From Pricia sp. (GTDB lineage: Bacteria; Bacteroidota; Bacteroidia; Flavobacteriales; Flavobacteriaceae), in the NCBI GenBank assembly GCA_049683055.1, contig JBAUIP010000209.1:1-45778 (forward strand): a stretch of DNA of 45,778 nt, given 5' to 3'. A program made the position numbers and the translations under genes. Positions 1 through 8,600 of this stretch are shown here, piece by piece (within the stretch, counting starts at the first letter, position 1; every line of letters starts with the position of its first letter). A model generated the notes under the pieces. It did not search any database. It was not told the origin of the DNA and saw only the letters and a program-made list of their open reading frames with translations.

Positions 1-157
1 GACGAATATTGTTACCGGTTCAACCGTAGCTTCATGAAAGAGGGGATATTCGATAACCTATTGAAAAGAATGGTAAACGCCCCGCCATGCTACATCAAAA
101 ATATTAATATTTAAGTGCCTAAGTCAAAAATATAAATAGGATGTTCGAACGTGAAGA

Positions 158-250
158 TCAGCCTTTATCGTCCGAAAGGAACAATACCATAAGACAGGCC
201 AAAACAAAACAAATCGCAAAAAAGCAAAAAAGAGTGATGTAGTTGTTCAT
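158..250 (-). CDS. Putative 30-aa single-pass membrane micro-protein (MNNYITLFCFFAICFVLACLMVLFLSDDKG)
   Basis: Manual translation, ATG at 250 to TGA at 158-160. About 21 hydrophobic residues followed by a charged tail. Near-consensus TTAATTTG element at 268-275. Below the ORF-track size cutoff. Confidence 0.4.
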   Translation of the reverse strand: MNNYITLFCFFAICFVLACLMVLFLSDDKG

Positions 251-521
251 AAGTAGGAATTTTCGCCCAAATTAAGGAAATATGGGCTATTCTAATCTTC
301 ACAGATGAACTTTTCGATGAAATGAGGCCTAGTTTTGGTCATTGGTAGGGTATCAGGTAGTTCGTCGACGTTTTCAATTTTTTCTATAACTTAGGTAGCA
401 CCTTATAAAAAATCAGGATATTTGCCAGCTAGAAATGGCACCGGTCGGCAAGCCATCCGGTGGATAAGTTCCGTGGGCGAAAAGTTACCCAAACTATTTT
501 TTAAAATTACCTGCCTTACCA

Positions 522-1235
522 ATGAAAAAAATAATACTATTCTGCCTAATATCCTTTATCGTTATTTCTTGTTCAGATGTGGATTCCGAAAATACCATGA
601 CCGTTTCCGGGAAGGTCAAGGGCCTAAAGAAAGGCACATTGTATTTGCAGCACATCCCCGATTCCGCCTTGGTCACGGTAGATTCCCTACAAGTTGACGG
701 CGACGGTAGTTTCAGCTTTAAGACTGAGCTGGAAAGTCCCGAAATTTACTATCTCTACCTCAATAAAAAGGATGCCAACGACATCAACGATCGCATCACA
801 TTTTTCGCGGAACCTGGCACCATTACTATCACCACGGCTTGGAATACCTTTGACCTTAATGCCAAAATCGAAGGCTCGGCCTCACAAAAAAAGTGGGAAG
901 AATACCTCGATGTCATGTCCCGCTTCAACGCCAAAAACCTTGAACTGATGCAGAGCGCCGCCAATACTGAGGTTGTGTTAGATTCCCTACAAACCGATTC
1001 CATCCAACGTCTGAGCGACACCAATATCAAACGTGGCTATGCGTTTGCCCTGAATTTTGCCCTGAGCAACAAAGATTCGTACGTGGCACCCTACATTGCT
1101 CTCCGCGAAGTTTCGGATGCCAATGTAATCTACATCGATTCTATCTACAATAATCTCACTCCTGAGGTGGCGGATTCGAAGTACGGGAAACAGTTGGAGA
1201 CGTATTTGAAGGATATTAGAGAGCGATCGGAATAG
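522..1235 (+). CDS. DUF4369-type lipoprotein without a C-terminal thioredoxin domain
   Basis: Lipoprotein signal MKKIILFCLISFIVIS-C17; motifs VSGKVKGLKKGTLYL, DGSFSF, SPEIYYLYL and ending SKYGKQL resemble Bacteroidota DUF4369 proteins; no CxxC. Confidence 0.8.
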   Translation: MKKIILFCLISFIVISCSDVDSENTMTVSGKVKGLKKGTLYLQHIPDSALVTVDSLQVDGDGSFSFKTELESPEIYYLYLNKKDANDINDRITFFAEPGTITITTAWNTFDLNAKIEGSASQKKWEEYLDVMSRFNAKNLELMQSAANTEVVLDSLQTDSIQRLSDTNIKRGYAFALNFALSNKDSYVAPYIALREVSDANVIYIDSIYNNLTPEVADSKYGKQLETYLKDIRERSE

Positions 1236-1281
1236 TTCGTTACCGGCAAAATCGACCTTTGGAGTCTAGACTAGTACTCAC

Positions 1282-1317
1282 CAAAAGAAAATCCCGCAAG
1301 GAGCGGGATTTCTTTTG
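1282..1317. terminator. Bidirectional intrinsic terminator
   Basis: AAAAGAAAATCCCGC-AAGGA-GCGGGATTTCTTTT hairpin with A/T tails on both sides, between convergent genes. Confidence 0.85.
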
Positions 1318-1372
1318 AGCCGAATTTCGTTCGGACTAAATTTCTTTTAGAATCAAATTTCACTAGAGAACA

Positions 1373-1642
1373 TCAGCCTAAAGCGTTGACCTTCTCCGCC
1401 AGTTCCTCGGCCTTTTTTTCCAAGTCTGCGCGGACCTTTTTGAAATGTTTCTTCTGGTTATCGACATCCTTTTTGTTGACCTCTGCAATCAGCTCGTCAA
1501 AGGCCGTAATAGCCTCATCAACGACGGCAGACCCTTCTTTGGAGTCCTGTTTGTTATTGGCGGCATCGGTGATGTAGACTCCCTCGATAATATCGCCCAA
1601 AACGTTGTTGATGTCCTTTTTTAAATCTCTTATACTTGCCAT
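1373..1642 (-). CDS. Small helical hypothetical protein (MASIRDLKKDIN...), likely conserved in Bacteroidota
   Basis: 89-aa ATG ORF with its own -7 element upstream and terminator downstream; charged helical composition. Confidence 0.8.
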   Translation of the reverse strand: MASIRDLKKDINNVLGDIIEGVYITDAANNKQDSKEGSAVVDEAITAFDELIAEVNKKDVDNQKKHFKKVRADLEKKAEELAEKVNALG

Positions 1643-1659
1643 GTTTGCTTTATTTTGCG

Positions 1660-1667
1660 CAAAAATA
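1660..1667 (-). promoter_or_regulatory. Bacteroidota sigma-A -7 element
   Basis: TATTTTTG on the minus strand matches TAnnTTTG, 17 nt upstream of the ATG at 1642. Confidence 0.6.
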
Positions 1668-1716
1668 CGCTTTTTTAGATGGATGCGAGGATGTTAAATC
1701 CGGGAGGATGTTTAAT

Positions 1717-2679
1717 TCAAAGGGTAACCTCCAAAAGCTCGGCATCCTCCGTTTTTATGGAGAGTGATTTCGAAAGGGCCGGCACCAATACCGTTTCCCC
1801 TTTCTGAATTTCCGCTTTCCCATGTTCGTTGGAAATAACCGCCGAACCGCCCACACACATCAAAATGGTAAAGGAATCCCGGTCGGCAATATCCCGTTCC
1901 CAATCCGTATCCAATCGCAAATAGTCTGTTTTGAAATAGGGACACTCCACCATCGAATTCACCCTGTTTTTAGCAGCTGGATAATCCACTTTAAAATCAT
2001 CCTTTTTATCATAATCGATAGCATCCAAAGCCAGGTCGGTATGGAGTTCGCGTAGATTTCCGTTCTTGTCCTTCCGATTGAAATCGAAAATGCGGTAGGT
2101 AACATCGGAGGTCTGCTGTATCTCGGCCAAAAGCACGCCGGCCCCGATGGCGTGGACTTTGCCCGTGTCAATAAAAAAGGTATCCCCCTTTTGCACCTTT
2201 TCGTAATTCAGCAAGTCCGTCAAGGTGTCGTTCTCCAAGCTTTCGACATATTCCTCTTTCGTGACGTCCCGATTGAATCCCACGATAAGATTGGCATCCT
2301 CATCCGCATCCATGACGTACCACATTTCAGTTTTTCCAAATGAATTATGCCGCTTTTGGGCCAGTTCATCGTTTGGATGAAGTTGAATGGAAAGATCCTT
2401 TTTCGCATCGATAAATTTGACCAAGATTGGGAAATCGGTACCAAATCGTTCCACCACACTTTTTCCTAACAGGGCCGAACCTCGGTCTTCGATCAATTGT
2501 TGCAACGAGGTTCCGCCCAAATCACCGTTGGAGACTACGGAAATATCTCCCTCCACCCCCGAAAGCTCCCAGCTTTCGCCAGTGGTATCGCTTTCAATGG
2601 ATTTATTCAATACTTCTTTTAGTTTGGTGCCGCCCCAAAGACGTTCTTTTAAGATGGGATGAAATTTTAAGGGATACAT
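1717..2679 (-). CDS. manA: Type I mannose-6-phosphate isomerase
   Basis: Motifs LWGG, GESWELS, FPILVKFIDA..LSIQLHP, GKTEMWY, GKVHAIG, EIQQTSDVTYR. Confidence 0.95.
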   Translation of the reverse strand: MYPLKFHPILKERLWGGTKLKEVLNKSIESDTTGESWELSGVEGDISVVSNGDLGGTSLQQLIEDRGSALLGKSVVERFGTDFPILVKFIDAKKDLSIQLHPNDELAQKRHNSFGKTEMWYVMDADEDANLIVGFNRDVTKEEYVESLENDTLTDLLNYEKVQKGDTFFIDTGKVHAIGAGVLLAEIQQTSDVTYRIFDFNRKDKNGNLRELHTDLALDAIDYDKKDDFKVDYPAAKNRVNSMVECPYFKTDYLRLDTDWERDIADRDSFTILMCVGGSAVISNEHGKAEIQKGETVLVPALSKSLSIKTEDAELLEVTL

Positions 2680-2762
2680 TTTTATGGATTTGGAGTTAAT
2701 AATTAGCGTTCTGCGTCATTTATCAGCATGGAAATTTTCCGATAATATTATGTTCCCTTTCC

Positions 2763-3209
2763 TTATTCCTTCAACGATTTCAAGGCCCTTCGCATATGCT
2801 GGGAAGCGCTCACACTATTGAAGACCATTTTAATTTTACCCTGCTTATCAACAACATAGGTTTCACGCCCGGGCAAGATGAACAAGCTCTTTTCTACCTT
2901 GAACTTACGCCTAACCTTTTTGTCGGTGTCGGCCAGAAGCGTAAAGGGCAAATCATGTTTTTCGGCGAAACGGCGGTGGCTTTTTTCCGTATCGGAACTG
3001 ATACCGATGACCTCCGCGCCCAGATCGGTAAAGTCTTCATAGGCATCCCTGAACTGACAGGCTTCCTGGGTGCAGCCGGCGGTATCATCCTTAGGGTAGA
3101 AATAGATGACCATCGGCTTTTTTCCTTTAAAACGCTCAATGGAAAAATCCTCCCCGTTTTGGTCCTTCAAGGTAAAATCCGGTATGGTTTCCCCTACTTT
3201 TAGTCCCAT
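2763..3209 (-). CDS. bcp: Peroxiredoxin, BCP/PrxQ family
   Basis: YFYPKDDTAGCTQEACQFRD motif; ATG overlaps the upstream stop codon (TAATG). Confidence 0.92.
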   Translation of the reverse strand: MGLKVGETIPDFTLKDQNGEDFSIERFKGKKPMVIYFYPKDDTAGCTQEACQFRDAYEDFTDLGAEVIGISSDTEKSHRRFAEKHDLPFTLLADTDKKVRRKFKVEKSLFILPGRETYVVDKQGKIKMVFNSVSASQHMRRALKSLKE

Positions 3210-3616
3210 TATTTAGTATAGGTTACAAAGTTCCGAGGGGTCTCGTAAAGCACGATTTCCAACTCTTTATCGGATGAAATATGGGGTCGCAACTTATTAA
3301 AAATAACCACGGATATGTTTTCGGCCGTTGGGTTCAACTCCTCGAATTCCGGCACCTCGACATTTAGGTTTTTATGGTCGAAAGCATCTTCGACGTGTTC
3401 CTCAATAAGGTCTTTTAGCACCTTCATATCCATAACGAAACCGGTCTGCTTGTCGATTTCGCCGTAGACACTGACAATCAGTTCATAGTTGTGGCCGTGG
3501 TAATTAGGGTTATTGCATTTACCAAAGACCTCATCGTTTTTTTCTTCGTCCCACTCCGGGCGATACAAGCGATGTGCGGCATTGAAATGGGCCTTCCTAC
3601 TGACTTTTACCTTCAT
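3209..3616 (-). CDS. 6-pyruvoyl-tetrahydropterin synthase / QueD (T-fold) family protein
   Basis: HFNAAHRL, CNNPNYHGHNY, FDHKNLN, PTAENI and ETP motifs. Confidence 0.92.
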   Translation of the reverse strand: MKVKVSRKAHFNAAHRLYRPEWDEEKNDEVFGKCNNPNYHGHNYELIVSVYGEIDKQTGFVMDMKVLKDLIEEHVEDAFDHKNLNVEVPEFEELNPTAENISVVIFNKLRPHISSDKELEIVLYETPRNFVTYTK

Positions 3617-3618
3617 CG

Positions 3619-4161
3619 TTATCTACCGTTTTGACTTAATGAACCTTGCGAAATATGGTCATAGAATCTCTCGAAAATAATCTTGAACCAAGCGGTGTAC
3701 CGCTCCGGATGTTCTTCGATGTCGTTTTTCACGTTCTCCGGCTTCATCCATTTCCACTCTGCTACCTCGGCGGTATTGATGTTGGGTTCGGTCCTATAAT
3801 TGCCGATCATCACATGGTCGAACTCGTGTTCGGTCAGTCCGTTTTCAAAGGGCGCCTTATAGATGAACGAGAACAGTTCGTCGAGTTCGGTAACGAAGCC
3901 CATCTCTTCCTGCAGCCTTCGTTTTCCGGCTTCGATGTTCGATTCGCCGACCCGTTGGTGGCTACAGCAGGTATTCGTCCATAATAAGGGGGAGTGGTAT
4001 TTGTCGGCCGCACGCCGTTGTAGCATGGTTTCTCCTTTATCGTTCATTATAAAAACCGAAAATGCCCGGTGCAAAAGGGCTTTTTCGTGGGCCTCCATTT
4101 TAGGCATAGTACCGATTTGCCTATCGTTCTGGTCGACCAGAATCACGAGTTCTTCCTTCAT
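3619..4161 (-). CDS. idi: Isopentenyl-diphosphate delta-isomerase, type 1
   Basis: KMEAHEKALLHRAFSVF, WTNTCCSH, EHEFDHV motifs. Start re-called to ATG 4161 (MKEELVILVD), not 4356. Confidence 0.95.
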   Translation of the reverse strand: MKEELVILVDQNDRQIGTMPKMEAHEKALLHRAFSVFIMNDKGETMLQRRAADKYHSPLLWTNTCCSHQRVGESNIEAGKRRLQEEMGFVTELDELFSFIYKAPFENGLTEHEFDHVMIGNYRTEPNINTAEVAEWKWMKPENVKNDIEEHPERYTAWFKIIFERFYDHISQGSLSQNGR

Positions 4162-4165
4162 AATG

Positions 4166-4173
4166 CAAAAATA
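4166..4173 (-). promoter_or_regulatory. -7 element for the idi-PTPS-bcp operon
   Basis: TATTTTTG-CATT-ATG: consensus element 4 nt before the start codon. Confidence 0.6.
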
Positions 4174-4520
4174 AGGGGTTTCCGCGGGATGAAGGTTAAG
4201 GTTTTTGTAAAAGTGTTGGGCCGGATAAAGCTTGGAGGATGGAATGTGGACCTTGTTAAGAGGATGCAGACCGGACGATGCGACCGGTCGGAAAAGATGC
4301 CAAGCTGGAAGCCTTGTGGCGGAACGCTGATGGGACGATTGAGACGAAGAAATCAATCAATAAAGATACAAAGCAGGAAGTTTGCAAGTGCATAACATGG
4401 GGCAATGGGCACGATAGGGATGATTGGGACGGGGACAATTAACAAAGATGTTGACTAGGAACCCTCAACGATATGCTTACAAGATGGGGGAAATGTCCTT
4501 CAAATTGGATGCAAAAACTC

Positions 4521-5519
4521 TCAAAAAAACCGGGGAGATCGAATCTGTCTGCCCCTGCCCTTTTTGAAATCGTAGCGGATCAGCACCTCAAAAGAGCCGT
4601 CGTTGAAACGAGTGGCACCGAGCTCCGTGGTTTCCCTATCATAGGCCAGACCCAATAGGAAACCATCATCCAAATAAAAACCGAACATGCCGCTGACGGC
4701 CGCGCTCCATCGGTAGGCGGCACCCAGAACGAACTTCTCGTTGAGCAAAAAATTGGCGGACAGATCGACCTGCAAAGGTGCGCCGCGGACCAATTTGGTC
4801 AACACGGCAGGCTTGAATTTCAGGTCCTCGTTTAGGTCGAAGACATATCCTGAGGTTAGGTAGAGGTTCATTTGCTCTTTGGCCGTTGAGATGTTCGATG
4901 ATTGAAAATGGGTCGTTTCCAAAATTCTGGGAACCGAGATACCCGCATAGAAATTCTCGGTACGATAGTACACCCCGGCACCGATATTGGGGGAAAGCCT
5001 ATTCTCTATATCTTGCTGCAAAAGGGGATCCGGTCCTCTGGGGTTGTCGATGTCCTGGTCCAGTTGAGAATACCGGATATCCAAAAGATGGATGCTTCCT
5101 TTGAGACCAAAACTAAGCCGGCCCTCCCGCGAGGTGAAAAGCGTGTAGGAAAAGTCCACATCGAAATAAGTCTCCGAGGTCGGACCGATCTGTTCGTTGA
5201 GAATTCCGAATCCGAGTCCCACTCCATTGTAACCTATGGGTGTATGCAGGTTGAGGGTTTGGGTCTTCGGTGCCCCTTGGAGCCCTACCCATTGCGATCG
5301 GTAGAGGGCGGCAATGCTCAAACTTTCCTTGGAACCGGCATAGCCAGGGTTTATGCTTGGCATATTGTACATGTACTGGGTGTACTGGGCATCTTGCTGG
5401 GCCCGCCCCGAACAGCACAGCAGCACCAAAAAAAGGGTGCAAAAACTAATCTTCGAAAATGGGTGGTCAAATGGTATCACTTGGGTCGGTAGCAGGTTGT
5501 AGTATGCTAACGTAAACAA
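4521..5519 (-). CDS. T9SS PorP/SprF family outer-membrane protein (paralogue 3)
   Basis: AQQDAQYTQYMYN..INPGYAG, YRSQWVGL.GAP.T, C-terminal SPRFF. TTG start uncertain. Confidence 0.93.
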   Translation of the reverse strand: MFTLAYYNLLPTQVIPFDHPFSKISFCTLFLVLLCCSGRAQQDAQYTQYMYNMPSINPGYAGSKESLSIAALYRSQWVGLQGAPKTQTLNLHTPIGYNGVGLGFGILNEQIGPTSETYFDVDFSYTLFTSREGRLSFGLKGSIHLLDIRYSQLDQDIDNPRGPDPLLQQDIENRLSPNIGAGVYYRTENFYAGISVPRILETTHFQSSNISTAKEQMNLYLTSGYVFDLNEDLKFKPAVLTKLVRGAPLQVDLSANFLLNEKFVLGAAYRWSAAVSGMFGFYLDDGFLLGLAYDRETTELGATRFNDGSFEVLIRYDFKKGRGRQIRSPRFF

Positions 5520-5628
5520 GTGGGGAATAGTCTATTCGAACGAAATTTTTTAGGATGTTTGTTCTAAAATACAGCTCGACAGCTGACCCGATTAGAGCCC
5601 TACCTTTTGAACGGGAGGGCCCGGTATT

Positions 5629-8600
5629 TTAATTTAAGTACAGATGGCCCGAAAGCGTCTTGAAGCCTCCTTCGATATCTTCGTAGTTCAGCACATAAAA
5701 ATAGGTGCCCGCGGGAAGTTTTTCTTCTTTTCCAAAGGTAGCCCGAGCCCGTGAAATTCCGTCAAAACGGTTTCCCTGGCTGTCATAAGATTGCGTCTCA
5801 TAAACCAGTACGCCCCATCTGTTGAATATCTTGATGCTATTGTTCGGGCGGATTTCCAGCCCGGTAATCGTCAAATAGTCGTGTACCCTATCGTCGTTCG
5901 GAGTGACCACGTTAAAGACCTCGACGGGAGGATAATTGGGCTCCAGATAATCGGGAGTACCATCGCCGTCTTCGTCATCATTGGCATAATTACCATCGGA
6001 ATTCGAATCTTCTTCGAGCGTAGGAATATCGTCGTTGTCATCGTCGATATCACGATAATCCAAATTCCCGTCGCCATCATTATCCGGTAGATCACGGGCC
6101 GGATCGTCTATTTCGTCGTTAACATCCGCATCGATTTGAACCGCACCTTCGTAACCGTCATCGAGGCCATCATCATCCTTATCGGAACCGACAAAGCTGA
6201 TATCGGCAATACCATCGTGGTTGGCATCATGGCCCTCAATGGCGTCGGGTACGTTGTCGTTGTCACTATCGAGATCCAAGTAATCGGGAAAATCGGTCCC
6301 ATCCGTGTTGACGGGAATAAGTCCCATTCGCACCCCGACCTCATAGGCATCATCCAACCCGTTGGCGTTGTCATCGCGTAAGCTCGGAGGAATATATCCG
6401 GAAGTCGTTTGTGCTTCTACATTATCGGGAATGCCATCGTTATCGCTATCGATATCCAAATAATCTGGATACAGATCGCCGTCGGAATTGGTAGGATTCG
6501 TCGCGGGATTGTTATCGCCATCCTCGTTTAAATCCTCGAAACTATCCAAAATACCGTCGTCATCGGAATCGAGTTCAGTGATGTCATCATCGAGAATCGT
6601 GCCTGTGGCAGTATCGGAGAAGTCGCTCACGGAACCGGCATCGATGCTGGCTATCGAAATGGTGAAAGTTTCGTCACCCTCGTCGATTTCATCGGGAGCG
6701 GTCTGCACGGCAACTTCGCCCATAAGACTCCCGGCGGGAATCGTTATCTGAACGGAAGAAGTATCGTAGTCGGATGCATCAGCGGTACCGTCGGTGAAGG
6801 AGAAAGTTAGCAAAATATCTTCCGCAAGACAGCTTGTACTGGATAAGGTAACTGGAAAACGGATGATTCCACCTTCTGTTTCCTGCGCATCGCCTATGGT
6901 AATATTAGGGGTCTCGGCAACGGTCAAGGTAACCTCTTCCGAATTCAAGATGCCACACGCCAGCGCCGTATTAGAAACTACGGCCCGATACCGATTTCCG
7001 TTCTCGGCCAGCGTGGCAGTCACTATTTGAAGGGTATCGGTATCGGTACCTGTATATGGACCGCTATCGGACAAATCGCTCCAATCGGTTCCGTCGAACA
7101 GTTGCCACTGGAATACATCCGCATCGGTAGCGGACACGAAGAAAGAAACCGATCGATCGGAACATACGGTATGGTCCGTGGGTTGAGTGTCGATTACTGG
7201 GAATGTTCCCGCTTCCCTATAGTCGAGTATACCATTGCCATCAGCATCCAAAGGAAAGAGGTATCCATCCGCGGTCGCGATAACTAGGCCATCGGCATCT
7301 ACGGTGGCCGGGGTGTTTCCAAGAATTCCGTCGGCATCCCCATCGGTAAAGCCAGCTTCGGTGACATCAAAGCAACCATCATTATCGGAATCGATTTCCT
7401 GTACATCTATTATGTCATCCCCATCGGAATCCAAGGGAGCATAGTTCACCATTTCTCGATTTGGATCATCTTGAACGCTATCGGGAATTCCGTCCGCACC
7501 TACGGTACCATTTAGAATACCATTGGTATGGGCCGCCCCGTGACCGGCTTCTACGGTATCGTAAATTCCGTCGTTGTCGCTATCGAGATCCAATGAATCG
7601 GGAATACCGTCGTTGTCGGAATCAAGGCAATCGGTAATGGAGGCTGCATAAAGTTCAACAAAATCAAGTGAAGCACCTGCCGATACGTTCGAAGCTGGTG
7701 GAATGGATGAAAACTGAACTATGACTTCTTCGGTGGCGACAGTAAAAGTGCGCTCTACATAGAACCACTTTCGGGGTCCGACGGAACCGTTCACCGCTCC
7801 CGTTGCAATGGTAACAAAAGTCTCGTCCAAAATCGAGGTGCCATCCGAACCCATCACATCCAGTTCAACGGTGACCCGTTCTCCCGCTGCATGCCCAATA
7901 TCCTCGCCCCAGAAGAATGAAAGCGTGTAGGGCGTACCGGGGACCACTTGGACAGTTTGATCTAAAACGTTCGAAATGCCGCCGGTGACGTTATTACTTC
8001 CGATGATATCGAGATATTGGGTACCCTGGTAGGCATCGGCAAAAATCGCCGGGCCGAATGAGCCACCTTCTACCCACCCGTCCAAATTTTGGCTATAGTT
8101 CCATGAAGTAAGCGTATTGGTGTTGTAGGTGGTACCGATAAAGGTTCCGTTAGCACTTGTAAATCCATTAGGGTAGGCCACCGGATCGGTAAAATCGTCC
8201 TGTTCGAAAGACCCGTTGATGATCAGGTTGCCACAACCTTCATCGGTATCTAAAATACCATCGTTGTCATCGTCGAAATCCAAGGCATCTACGATACCAT
8301 CGTTGTCATTGTCGGGCCGGTCGTCAATGGCATCCCTATAATCGACATCGCCGCCGGAGGTAGCATCATTATCGGAATCCAACAGCTCTAAGGGTGCGGT
8401 CAGTGGATTATCGATGGTGCCCCCGGGATTGGCGTAGGATGTAACGTTCCCGTCAAGACCATCATCGAGACCATCGTTATCGTTATCCGTTCCGGAGAGG
8501 GCAATTCCTGCCTCCGTGGTATCGTTGTGGCCCTCGTTATCGGAGTCCAGATCCAAATAGTCGGGGCTGTCCGTGCCATCGGTGTTTTCAGGAACCAGCC

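Noticed and set aside
300..370. GATGAA and TTGGT words as another copy of the direct-repeat operator
   Set aside because: Poor match to the consensus and spacing to the candidate -7 element differs.
4162..4356. 65-aa N-terminal extension of idi in the ORF track
   Set aside because: Family similarity begins at MKEELVILVD and a -7 element lies inside the extension.
5595..5622. GCCCT...AGGGC hairpin between the CTD gene and PorP as a terminator
   Set aside because: No U-tract on the coding strand; at most a stability or processing hairpin.
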